Assembly (NCBI RefSeq): GCF_964355755.1
Contig: NC_092671.1
Location: 19,530,001-19,594,000 of the forward strand
Reading direction: 5' to 3'
DNA length: 64,000 nucleotides
From: Antedon mediterranea
Taxonomy: Eukaryota > Animalia > Echinodermata
Under the pieces are notes generated by a model that ran no database searches, had not been told where the DNA came from, and saw nothing but the letters and a program-made list of their open reading frames with translations. Both the position numbers and the translations under genes were made by a program. Of this stretch, positions 48,101 through 55,086 are shown piece after piece; the first letter of the stretch is position 1; each line of letters begins with the position of its first letter.

Positions 48101-49821
48101 GGCTTCTACAAAACACTTTTCGGAGGTACTGGCTTTTTTGTGTGCATGCTTTAACTTGACAGTTAATTATATATATTATATGATAATAACTCCATATTCA
48201 GAGAAAACCATATTGAGGGAACTTTCCTGTGAAACAAAATGGGGAAATATATATTTAACACTATGGCCAACTGTTATTTAATTCTATTAAGGGAATTGTA
48301 GTAGGGCCAAAAAGGTGTCCCTTAATAGGGTTCTACTGTATTACTTTTGTATGTGGATAAATCCCTTTCCACTACTACTTTACTAATAATACAACTTACT
48401 GCAGTACCAACTCTTCATTTTTCTTAAACCATGTAAATGTTGCTGGACCATCTACAGCAACCTCTAGCACAATGCTTTCGCCGAGGTTTACAAACACATT
48501 CTGTGGAGGGGATACAATGAAGGAGAGCTCCTCTACTGGTGGAAGCCCTTCATCTATAAGATTTAAAAAAGTCATTAGAAACATCAAAGAATACTTGCTT
48601 GTTGTTTTCCTTTCACATTCTAAACAAAATAAAATATAGTGAATAGTGAACTTACCATTGACAGTGAGGGTAATATCAGGACTTGTCTCAGAGATGCCAG
48701 CCATTCTGTTCTCTGCTTGGCATCGGTAGACACCAGAGTCAGATTCATGTACATCTCTAATTTCAAGGTTACCACTTGGTAGCACAGCAAACCTTGCAAA
48801 TGCATCACTTTGCTCTGGATCCACTACAGTCCCACTTTTTATCCACCTACAAAATGAATGTTTTTTAAGGAGTGTTCAGTTCGCGAAGATGTAGTGAGCT
48901 ACATCATTAACTTATGTACCACAAAAAGATAGTGGTCTAACAACAATAGTGAGGATTCCCTAATGGTGTTCCTCTATCATGATAGTGATGATCCAGTATC
49001 GACGACTCCTCCATGTTGATTCTGGTGAGGATTTCCTATGGTAATTATGGAAATGATGTAAGGTATATTCTTCTATAATACTGATAGGTATATTCCTCTA
49101 TAATGATGATGAGATTTTTCTGTAATGTCATGATGAGTTTTTCTATAATGATAATATTCCTCTATAATGATAGTAATGTTCCTTTTTTCTATAATGGTGA
49201 GGTTTCTCTAATGATCGTAAGGTGACATTCTGTTATGCATGCTTTTAGCAAACAAAGTTTTAAGTTTAATTCATTTTTATAAAGGAAGTAAAATCAATCG
49301 TTTTTCTCATATTCAAACAAAAGCATTTCCTTGGCGAGACAATCCATTTTTATCTTCATTTTTCATTTTGATGCTGTCATCATTGATTTGAATAAAGCGA
49401 GTCACCTACGTCACCTACCTGCTTAACAGTACCATTTACAGACCAAATTCAGCACTTTACACACAAACTTCAGGGCATAATTATAGCATGTAGCCAATTC
49501 ACTGCTCATATATTTTAACACGTAACATGTTACTTTGAATTTTGGCTTAATTCTAGTTTTAAATTATCTTTGATTGTTTGATCATCTTTTAGAATTCATG
49601 AACGTCTCTCACAACACTATAGGCTTACTAGGCCATAATATGAATCAGTCAATCATGTTGAAACATCCACTGACAAGGCTCATTATTAATATCTTTTTTT
49701 TTCTTTCAAGAAGCACCTTACCTAATGAATGGTTTAGGATGACTTGTAACGTCACATTGCAATATAACAGTATCTCCAACATCTGTATACAGGTCTTGTG
49801 AGCTTCCACTCATGGTTAAAC
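82..49821 (-). CDS. NEO1/DCC: DCC/Neogenin/Frazzled-family netrin receptor, multi-exon gene, 5'-incomplete (signal peptide and Ig1 outside the window); about 1920 aa in-window if all 32 candidate exons are used
   Basis: Exon order Ig2-Ig3-Ig4-6xFN3-TM-tail with GT-AG sites and matching phases. Family motifs present: VRTQPE|L, TYSD|VPSEAP, NGTGPWSNW, DESRVPPEPSSL, P2 THPLSSFSVPGPPP, P3 EDLNAEMLNLEGLMKDLNAIT. Confidence 0.95.
448..587 (-). CDS. NEO1/DCC: Cytoplasmic exon (RSHPLPVVTPRAPDV)
   Basis: ttacag acceptor, gtaaat donor, 140 nt, phase 1 to 0; resembles the DCC/Neo PVxVPxAPEV segment. Confidence 0.88.
1381..1536 (-). CDS. NEO1/DCC: Cytoplasmic exon with P2 motif (THPLSSFSVPGPPPHY)
   Basis: ttcag acceptor, gtaact donor, 156 nt; resembles the neogenin P2 motif HPLKSFAVP. 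Confidence 0.9.
3434..3607 (-). CDS. NEO1/DCC: Cytoplasmic exon (SVLESIPTF...RKRTLSNSHRWKKDWRLRRSISLDQH...)
   Basis: tttctattcttag acceptor, gtacat donor, 174 nt, phase 1-1. Confidence 0.7.
3933..4073 (-). CDS. NEO1/DCC: Cytoplasmic exon (VGHSGDHFMSSYRRSES...LLDEPVDLP)
   Basis: aag acceptor (alternative tag 6 nt downstream), gtaaat donor, 141 nt, phase 1-1. Confidence 0.7.
4317..4982 (-). CDS. NEO1/DCC: Cytoplasmic exon (222 codons, low complexity)
   Basis: tacag acceptor, gtatgt donor, 666 nt, phase 1-1; within ORF 4300..4995. Confidence 0.85.
5861..6316 (-). CDS. NEO1/DCC: Cytoplasmic Ser/Thr-rich exon (152 codons)
   Basis: tgtag acceptor, gtaaaa donor, 456 nt, phase 1-1; within ORF 5850..6392. 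Confidence 0.8.
6320..6484 (-). promoter_or_regulatory. Cluster of six TGCATG (Rbfox) elements just upstream of the acceptor of exon 5861-6316
   Basis: CATGCA on the plus strand at 6320, 6348, 6383, 6413, 6446 and 6479. Confidence 0.6.
7993..8154 (-). CDS. NEO1/DCC: Cytoplasmic exon (GYWSAYPRSTANYRCTSPSFPSPYPVCYPPSSGYGSLNEPRVHSISSEHGDMET)
   Basis: ctttag acceptor, gtacac donor, 162 nt, phase 1-1, GC-richer than flanks. Confidence 0.75.
8684..8737 (-). CDS. NEO1/DCC: Cytoplasmic mini-exon (DGHMRGGAGHTGTWSSSH)
   Basis: ttttctattttag acceptor, gtaaat donor, 54 nt, phase 1-1. Confidence 0.72.
10802..10861 (-). CDS. NEO1/DCC: Candidate cytoplasmic mini-exon (DVHCASTLRIEDKDARTKIS)
   Basis: atcag acceptor, CAG/gtataa donor, 60 nt, phase 1-1. 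Confidence 0.55.
11391..11465 (-). CDS. NEO1/DCC: Cytoplasmic exon (EKGNKYAGSTSSYVSSSYYSSSMES)
   Basis: gatag acceptor, gtattc donor, 75 nt, phase 1-1. Confidence 0.7.
11755..12780. repeat. Diverged 38-39-bp minisatellite, roughly 26 copies
   Basis: Unit approximately AATCAAAGACCAACATGAAAGATGTTGATGAGCTTAGG. Confidence 0.92.
12824..13047 (-). mobile_element. SINE/LINE 3' fragment with (TAA)n tail
   Basis: GC-richer body ending in AATAAA and a (TAA)n tail on the minus strand; similar tails near 32023 and 51590. Confidence 0.4.
14036..14074 (-). CDS. NEO1/DCC: Cytoplasmic mini-exon (EIDESAFIASETK)
   Basis: Pyrimidine tract with atcag acceptor, gtaagt donor, 39 nt, phase 1-1. Confidence 0.7.
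15064..15161 (-). CDS. NEO1/DCC: Exon: cytoplasmic (YNKPPNGGDGPDVVFNIRNKPLGEMLPLRGDT), position of the P1 motif
   Basis: attag acceptor, gtaata donor, 98 nt, phase 2 to 1, matching the TM exon. Confidence 0.85.
15450..16547. mobile_element. Tc1/mariner-type MITE hosting a 45-bp minisatellite
   Basis: Ends TA-CAGTAAAACCC ... GGGCTCTACTG resemble the CAGTAGAAC MITE family. Confidence 0.6.
15465..16495. repeat. 45-bp minisatellite, about 23 near-identical copies
   Basis: Unit GGATACCACTCATTATGGGGATATGTTATGAGTAGGTAGGTGTTT; a few copies have 1-nt deletions. Confidence 0.95.
16865..17132 (-). CDS. NEO1/DCC: Exon: transmembrane helix and Cys-rich juxtamembrane segment
   Basis: tttttag acceptor, gtaagt donor, 268 nt; WLWFLIIGIAFLILLLAILLILCIA then a Cys-rich run. 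Confidence 0.92.
17453..17533 (-). CDS. NEO1/DCC: Exon: extracellular stalk (ACYVPSKTDVIFVSTNKQTTIPSTGTG)
   Basis: tttttaag acceptor, gtaagt donor, 81 nt, phase 1-1. Confidence 0.8.
18044..18235 (-). CDS. NEO1/DCC: Exon: FN6 C-half (GYKVYYST...GLDCNTQYYFMILAENRKGDGPLS)
   Basis: tttag acceptor, gtttgt donor, 192 nt. Confidence 0.92.
18797..18904 (-). CDS. NEO1/DCC: Exon: FN6 N-half (LPTSPPTDIKV...LNWMPPTEPNGYIT)
   Basis: ttttag acceptor, gtactg donor, 108 nt. Confidence 0.92.
19785..20985. mobile_element. Non-autonomous hAT DNA transposon
   Basis: 15-bp TIR CAG(G/T)GGTGGCGCCAG, perfect 8-bp TSD TTCGTCAG (19777-19784 and 20986-20993), internal ~324-bp tandem duplication. Confidence 0.9.
21710..21915. 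repeat. ~15-bp AGTTGTCCTAGGGGG tandem repeats, probably MITE-internal
   Basis: About 12 degenerate copies. Confidence 0.75.
22253..22398 (-). CDS. NEO1/DCC: Exon: FN5 C-half (NLKPFTTYIFDVKASDGRISSEFSIETSAKTKDA)
   Basis: attag acceptor, gtaagt donor, 146 nt. Confidence 0.92.
22460..23420. repeat. (GAT)-derived ~27-bp degenerate tandem repeat
   Basis: Unit approximately GATGATACAATGAAGGTGATGACAAT; produces spurious His/Ile/Ser-rich ORFs. Confidence 0.92.
23610..23748 (-). CDS. NEO1/DCC: Exon: FN5 N-half (TDTPILTPPLKVEAQAISDSIIMVKW...YTLRYKANFSSSR)
   Basis: tatag acceptor (alternative in-frame AG 6 nt downstream), gtaagt donor, 139 nt. Confidence 0.9.
26112..26257. mobile_element. Tc1/mariner-type MITE (CAGTAGAAC TIR family)
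   Basis: TA-CAGTAGAAC...GTTCTACTG-TA, internal ~60-bp tandem duplication; related degenerate copies near 265-380, 14477-14635, 48033-48340 and 58510-58620. Confidence 0.75.
26499..26741 (-). CDS. NEO1/DCC: Candidate cassette exon encoding a thyroglobulin type-1 domain in the FN4-FN5 linker
   Basis: Strong acceptor ctttttccttgttcctgtatcttctcatcag, gtgagt donor, 243 nt, phase 1-1; motif FFPRC-CDNGDFKALQC-YDQND-CWCFDAKGKEVAGSR---C. Confidence 0.8.
27543..27593 (-). CDS. NEO1/DCC: Candidate cassette mini-exon in the FN4-FN5 linker (TVSTSGVQESSDIADT)
   Basis: Polypyrimidine tract cttctttcttgttgcttag, gtaaga donor, 51 nt, phase 1-1, no stop. Confidence 0.75.
30257..30547 (-). CDS. NEO1/DCC: Exon: FN4 (ESRVPPEPSSL...GYILGFGPRIPD...LEPATQYIIKLRAVNKAGEG)
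   Basis: tgtag acceptor, gtaagt donor, 291 nt, phase 1-1; resembles DCC/Neo FN4. Confidence 0.94.
31832..31957 (-). CDS. NEO1/DCC: Exon: FN3 C-half (LDDDTEYEVKILAVNNNGTGPWSNWVTGRT)
   Basis: catag acceptor, gtgagt donor, 126 nt. Confidence 0.93.
32156..36318 (+). mobile_element. Apparently full-length non-LTR retrotransposon of the CR1/L2 group (Crack/Daphne-like), antisense to the host gene
   Basis: One intact APE+RT ORF, 3'UTR ending in (AAATC)n, candidate target duplication AATCAG at 32150-32155 and 36319-36324. Confidence 0.88.
32813..36079 (+). CDS. LINE ORF: apurinic-type endonuclease plus reverse transcriptase, 1088 aa
   Basis: Endonuclease motifs HLNVRS, ICET, GGGV, IYRPP, LGDFN, SDH; RT motifs NYRPISIL, QSGFR, DVQKAFDSV, GVPQGSLLGPLLF, YADD, YLG. 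Confidence 0.96.
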   Translation: MTFSMASFIIHASVLVLLINNVKHFQLVDQFFNATAEERYDISAIFTRCKHSNANFAVAATSVIFVSPAYIYSSGNYQTRKNTSHIHRTFDLRGKGLLFAILLKCGDISPNLGPGIHLNVEEDFNVFKEKGLHFIHLNVRSILPKMSELRLLAIKTNAAVISICETILDNTVPDAELNIEGYNVFRRDRNRSGGGVCFFVKERLSIRERRDLDSESIESIWMEILLPRTRPIVVGSIYRPPSQSYKLFIDSFENILAAIRPDVEVIVLGDFNINLKNESASIYKMLETTLETFSFTHLIKEPTRITKYTSTVLDIIICNHSQKILQSGVIHVGISDHSLTFCTRKSLKYKFNQHKTIKIRSLKNYDVNIFNEQLTQSDWSPVLDSSDVDFAWCSLKKIFLSLINRMAPLKQVRLKQKSEEWMTPEILSAIKERDSILNKFKNNPNRPDLYDAFRKLRNRIQKDIKKAKSECFLNKVEVNKNNPNKLWKCLKDLGYKNKPQKGSTVSLDVNGNLCHNESEVSNYFNKYFANIASDIMKKLPSPSNLFSVGSNAFKNYYNSKIKHVSGFSLEEIDESLIEEELRNLNPSKSVGLDQIPAKFLRDGAPNIKTPITHIINLSIKYERIPSDFKLAKVTPLHKKNSRTEANNYRPISILSSVSKILEKVVYIQVSDYLERNQLIYDHQSGFRRSFSTDTCLIHLRDHLRVQMSNGLFTGMVLLDVQKAFDSVNHDILCKKLKYLGCRSIGWFQAYLSGRNQIVDIKGTKSNSIEIGCGVPQGSLLGPLLFLIYVNDLPSSIESDCKVVLYADDCAIFYSHKDPIAIQSKLQNNLVSCNNWLIDNQLSLHMGKTECILFGSKRRLSKVNEFYIDCFGTTINGSKSIKYLGIEIDQNVSGDVIARSVINKANGRLKFLYRQSSFLNSHCRKILSFALIQPMFDYSVCSWSSTVNKNLKSKLQTTQNKMVRFIKKLGPRSHVGQSQLNDVGMLKVQDRVEFLRACHVLKIYNHCCPPYLCNRFIRISDSHNYNTRGCNFNFRIPTIKPMAHVTFFYNAIKEWNNLPINIKESQTVCCFKSKVKKYLQERSLALETI
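36497..36776. mobile_element. Degenerate Tourist/Harbinger-like MITE
   Basis: Imperfect terminal inverted repeats GTTTGGACG ... CGTCCAAAC and repeated subterminal TTACACGTGTAA-like motifs. Confidence 0.55.
36972..37184 (-). CDS. NEO1/DCC: Exon: FN3 N-half (VPSEAP...FWVPPPPESTNGEITGYRLRYRK)
   Basis: aag acceptor, gtaag donor, 213 nt. Confidence 0.93.
37467..37766 (-). CDS. NEO1/DCC: Exon: FN2 (LPPSEPLELVANILSSTSAQLSW...GLMPNTDYTFYIRAVNVHGEG...QTYSD)
   Basis: ttgcag acceptor, gtacgt donor, 300 nt, open frame. Confidence 0.93.
37897..38823. mobile_element. Non-autonomous PIF/Harbinger-like DNA transposon
   Basis: Perfect 38-bp TIR CGCCCGTATTCTTAAACCGGACTTTAGTCGTAGTTCGA; flanks TTA and ATA (TWA-like); no transposase ORF. 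Confidence 0.85.
38973..39127 (-). CDS. NEO1/DCC: Exon: FN1 C-half (PRIINTTAPALTSATIKDLIPDTEYEYSVCAWNSYGRGECTTMATVRTQPE)
   Basis: ttcag acceptor, gtaag donor, 155 nt; FN3 LxPxTxY motif and TQPE end as in DCC. Confidence 0.93.
39436..39719 (+). mobile_element. Probable solo LTR
   Basis: TG...CA ends with a 9-bp inverted terminus TGTAATATA / TATATTACA; flanks TGGT and TGAT; TATA-like and AGTAAA motifs. Confidence 0.55.
40610..40856 (-). CDS. NEO1/DCC: Exon: Ig4-FN1 Pro/Thr-rich hinge and FN1 N-half
   Basis: acag acceptor, gtacgt donor, 247 nt; VSTREISLGWRSP...ILTYSV. Confidence 0.92.
41062..41267. repeat. Fold-back inverted repeat (small MITE-like)
   Basis: Arms AACAGAGATT...AAATGGTCACATATGAT..GGAGATCAA and TTGATCTCC..ATCATATGTGACCATTT...AATCTCTGTT. 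Confidence 0.75.
45546..45612 (+). mobile_element. Possible Nin/Deu-type SINE core fragment
   Basis: GGATGGAATATAAAGCCGTTGGTCC...CAGAACTTGGTACACT resembles conserved SINE central domains as I recall them; not aligned. Confidence 0.35.
46213..46503 (-). CDS. NEO1/DCC: Exon: Ig4 (VPPRFVKRP...FECSW...DSKYYQCIVSNEVGNINAIAQLIVLPP)
   Basis: tcag acceptor, gtaag donor, 291 nt, phase 1-1; resembles DCC/Neo Ig4. Confidence 0.95.
47742..47881 (-). CDS. NEO1/DCC: Exon: Ig3 C-half (FDNHYSLVGQGNLRIENADELDTGLYRVRASNNLG...VTVR)
   Basis: ttcag acceptor, gtatgc donor, 140 nt; DTGLYRV has Val at the F-strand Cys position. Confidence 0.9.
48400..48553 (-). CDS. NEO1/DCC: Exon: Ig3 N-half (LSFIVSPPQNVFVNLGESIVLEVAVDGPATFTWFKKNEEL)
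   Basis: atag acceptor, gtaag donor, 154 nt; I-set pattern with Val at the B-strand Cys position. Confidence 0.9.
48656..48846 (-). CDS. NEO1/DCC: Exon: Ig2 C-half (WIKSG...LPSGNLEIRDVHESDSGVYRCQAEN...LTVN)
   Basis: gtag acceptor, gtaag donor, 191 nt; DxGxYxC motif. Confidence 0.93.
49722..49821 (-). CDS. NEO1/DCC: Exon: Ig2 N-half (LTMSGSSQDLYTDVGDTVILQCDVTSHPKPFIR)
   Basis: tttttag acceptor, gtaagg donor, 100 nt, phase 1 to 2; Ig B-strand Cys motif GDTVILQC. Confidence 0.9.
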
Positions 49822-52800
49822 CTAAAAATTATAAATGTAATATTAATATTATAAAATGATATTATATTCCTTCATCATTTATTTGATTGAAAGATTAACA
49901 AAGAATATGGAATTATTATACTGAAGTTGAATTACACAATTTTAGTATAGTTATTATTTTATATAGGTAAAAACAAATAAATTCAAGACTATTTAAAATT
50001 AAATGATTTTTTTGATGATTATGCCTATTTTGATTTTCAGCAATTAAGTTAAGGGTCCTCTGTATAATATGCAAGATACACATTTTACCAATCCTCAAAA
50101 ACATAAGCACAAGCTTTATACTGTAGGGTTAGGGTTAGAATTTAGACATTATTCACATTTTAATTCAATTAATAATAACAATATAAATTCTGTCATCCAT
50201 TGTTGTGCTTTAAGGATTAGTGTAAGATATAGGTCCTTATGATTTATTTCTGAGTGCTTCTTAACAAAAACATAAAGTCCTTATGATCTAATTCTATTTC
50301 TTAGAGTGTTTTTGCGGCTTAAGAAATAAATGTCTTTAGACGATGGCTTTTGGAACAATAAAGGGGGAAAATACATTGATATTTGTGAGAGCACCAAAGT
50401 TGCATTTATAATGATACCCTGTGTAAATTATAATCCTTATTGGTATTTAAATCTAAAATATTTGTATGCTTTTATCAATCCATAGAATTTACTATGTAAA
50501 TATATGAGACGCAACGTTTAATGTATTTTCTGGATAGCACCTACCATGTAAAGAAACTGTCAAACAACAGAAAGCAGAAACCCCACTGATTTTTAAAATA
50601 ATGGAATGCTTGTGACAATTGAAATAAAGGGTGTCACATGTAAACAAACTCCACTAGCTGATAATTAATCTTGTTAACAATTGTAATGAAAGTATTTAAA
50701 GTGTAAATAGATGTATGGCACGCAAAGGCTTGGCTAAAATCCCTTAAATTCTGAAGACTAGGTAAAATGAATTAATACTGCAAAATCTAGGTCAGTCCTG
50801 GAATTATTACAAAACCACAACAATAACATAAAATATGTACACACCTACAGATCAATACTGTTTATCATTGTCCATTTTTTTCCATTCTCATTTTTCAAAA
50901 TTAGCTAGACATAACTGTGGTATAGTAAACCAAGCAAATAAAATAGATAGTAAATGAATGAATCACTACATTCTTTAGTAAGTTACTGAAATTAAATAGT
51001 GGAGTGAAAACAAAAGGAAATAATTTTCAGGAATGTAAAGTTGTAGAGAAAATTCACAAGAAATACATTGTTATTAAATACCCTGTATAACATGTCACGT
51101 GAATGGGTGGAAATGAATATGGTTCCAGAAATTAGTCTGGAATGATACTTATTACTGCCAACATTTGCATCTGAAAAAGTAGCAGTGGGTCACCTATTCC
51201 ATGGAGGAATTATTTAGAATCCTCCATACCTAGCCAAGCACTTTTTGTTTAGCCTGGGCACATGTTTATGAATAAACAATGATATACAAATAACTATGCA
51301 GTGTACATTATAATTTTGTTCATATATATCTAATGTTTAGCAAACAAGATTGGCAACATAATATTGTTTACAAATAACTCATTAAAAAAATATAAAAAAT
51401 CAATTTATTATGTTATTGTAAATGTATGGTCTGTAGTACTACATGAATTTATAAGTTAAATGGTAAAAGTTACCATGCCACGTCTTGTTTCCTCCTTTAC
51501 ACGAACAACTTCTTTATTAGTTATTCTTCTTTGATTTAGTAGTTTTTAATAGTAGTTATTAGTTTGTTACAAAATTTCTAATTTCAGTTTTATTATTATT
51601 ATTATTATTATTATCTTTTAGATGAAGTGAAAACTATTTGTACTCGACCTGCTTCTAAGCCATGGACTGAAACCGAGACAGTTCACTTTGGGGCACCTAC
51701 CTAAATTTCCTTGTGGTTTTGTTGTGTTAGAACGGTCATTTTCCATATGTCCAGGCAAATTTCTTTATTTATGTTAACCAAACTATTAACAGTGAAATAT
51801 ATGATATATTCTTCTCATATGATTATTGATTGGTGCAAATGAACAATAACATGAATTGTTTGAATAATTTATAATATCTGTTGACAGATTAAGACAAAAG
51901 CTCTGATTACTTAATATTCAGTTGCATATAATAAAACAATATAACATTACATTAAGGGAGGTTTAGTGTACTTTTGTGCATTGCAAAGTGTCAACTAACA
52001 CTGTCGTAATGCTGTCAGCATATTTGTAAATGAAAATTCAATAGCCCAAATTTATACAGTTGGCATAATATCAATAAATTTCATGTAGTTTCTATGTGAT
52101 AAACCAGTCAATATACCAATTGTGGTATGTATACTTTTAGAACCAAGTTTTTATTCATTTTAATATCTCAATAAAATAGGCATATAAATTATCTATTTTA
52201 GGAAAGGAAGCATGAGGTGTTGGTGCCCTAATTTTATAGGCCCTGCTAATAAATCACTAATTAATCACTTCTGTAGAAAAAAATGAATAAACAAAAGAAT
52301 GTTTTATTTTAATTTAAATTACTGTTTTAGGTGAATAATTTGTTATCTTTTTTTTGGTCAGAGTGAATAACTATTATGTGACATTAAATTAGATGTTAGC
52401 GTTCTCCCAATCAGCCTCTGAATATGTTTGAACATGATCACAAACGACTACTATGCCATAGTAGAGCACAAACAAACTTTCCTTATCAGTTTATAATTAT
52501 AATTAAATATGATCTTAAAATTCAGACATGTATGGTATACAGTACATGTAAGGCAAGCTAATCTTGTTTATACAAACCAGTTTGAATGCTTTGACTGATA
52601 TAAACAGCAAAGCTATAGGCGTGATTTTTAAATAAGAAAAAGAATAATAATTAATTTTCTTATAAGGTATCAATTACTTGATGAATATGCTTGTTTTGAA
52701 TATAGTAATTATTATAAACAAATATATTATTAAACATTAATATATTAAAAATGAAGTAAAACCTGACATTAACTGTACTATAATGAATTAATCTACGCTA

Positions 52801-55086
52801 CTAAGCAAGAGCACCCTGTAATAGGTGGCATTATGTTATTATCTATACTAGCAATTACTATATTATATTTATATGGTAGTTCCCTTAGGGAAAAATATTC
52901 ATAATGGATTTGACTTTTCCATTCAGTTCAAAATACATGTTGTGATTTATGTTAAAGTTTAATACATATTAGAATAAAAGTAGGCCTACATGTTGAAAAC
53001 TACATTTGGCCTACCTCAATGGGTTAAGGGTGGTGTGCTTTCCAATGGTTAAGTTGTGTGCTAGAAATACAATAGATTAACTGCAGATAATCATAATTAG
53101 TTACTTTGCTATTCCCTCATATAATCATGGTTTTTTTTTATAGTCACCTAAAAAACATCTCAAAAACAGACTAAAAACCATATAAAAACAACATAAAAGT
53201 CACTTGGTACGTCAACTTAAAAACAAAATGTGTTAGTACATATTCTACAGTAATTCAAACTATCCTGTTTCTTTTTCTAAAATAAAGCTTTTACTTAGCA
53301 GTGCCTTATAGTATGATACAGTAAGCTGGCCCTGTGTGTTTTAACTAGTAATTTTAGGGTGTAATAGATAAGATACTGAAGATGACAATATATCAACCAA
53401 ACAATTTACTAAAACTAACTAACAAAAGTTAATACTTCAATAAATCTGGCATAAATAACACTACTAGTAGTCGTACTAGTAAATAATGTAATATCTTGTG
53501 GCATCCTTTCCATCCTCAAATCAATATCAATATTTGTAGTAAATGACTCACTTCCTACACATTATTAGACCAGTCACAAATGATTTCTTCTTACCTACTG
53601 CAATAAAAGCCTATAACTAATATTGCAATAATAAAGTCTAGATATTATTAGATGTTGAGATGATTATTTCCAACATTTAATATATTTATAAAAAGTAATA
53701 AAGGAAAATTAAATGAAAAAATAAATATAAATCATCATTGTTTCTGACAAAAAAAACATTTACAAAGCAAAATTCTGGAGAAAACGGGAGTGTAAATGGA
53801 TTGCACCCATCTAAATTATTTATCATTTCAAGAGTACGAGTCATCAATGTATTTGAAATTAGGTCACTATTTGGAACCATGTGAACATTTTCAGTCACAT
53901 TTAGCCAAACATAGTGTTTAACAATGTTGACAGGTTTGAAAAACACAAAATATGAAAATATAGAAAAAGACTATTATGCTTGAGAATGTAATTACTAAAT
54001 AAATGAATTTTATTCATCTAACTTTATGTAGTGGCTTAGTACACCATAAAATGTTTAGTGAGATATAGTAGTAAATCAAACACACTATCTGTATGTAAGT
54101 AAATAACATATAACATGACATAACTATTATTCCATCATAAAAATGTCAGTGTATATTAAAGATTAGACTTGTCCCAAGTCTGTATTCTTTGTCTTCTTTT
54201 TTAATTTATTTAGTGCTATTTAAGTATGAACGAGACTGAATAACTGTTGAAATATAAAATCGTGTTGCCAAGTTGTTATTTTTATTAATTGTCTAGTCCT
54301 GGCCTAGGCCTCCTTCGTAGGCCTACTCAACTCGTGCCAAATAAAACTTCAATAAAGTACCTCCACCGGCACACAACAGAGCTACACCACCACACAGGAC
54401 AGGGTCTGGGTGGGAATTAAATCAAATTATCTACGCATAATAAATGAACCATTCAATGTTTGATTTGCGGAGAAGCTAGCCTGGGAGATGAGATTTCATA
54501 TTCTTGAGAAAAATCTTATCAAATGTTTACCAGACTACTAGGCATATAAAATAATTTCTAGCCTTCAGAAACTGTCATCAATGTACGTCTAAACGTAACA
54601 TAGCGCATGCGCATCATCATAGTTGTTGATCAGTCTCTGAAATTCTGAAATATGAATATTAAAACTGCGTACGAGTCAACTGGATAATCATATGAACCAA
54701 GAATTCTTGGTGTCAAACCATGTGACTTGTACGTGTGTGCCCAGGCGGAGTATCGAAGCTCAAGTAATATACATATGAAACGCCATATGTGCCAAAATAT
54801 TTATCTTTTTACTAATATTAAGACAAAACTCCATTTGGAACCCAGACTAATTAAAGATGTAAAATAAACTGATTTAAAAATACATTAACATGTAAATATA
54901 TTAAGCCAACAAACAACTGTAATATCTAAAATATAGTGGTTGTGATTATGTAAAAATAATGAGTGTCTGATCCGAATGTAGTTCTTTAATTTTTGCATAC
55001 TAGACCTCATGCTAATTAAACAAACTAATGATTGATGGAATTGTCATTGCAGCCACAAAGTGAATCTAATGTGACTACAGACACTT

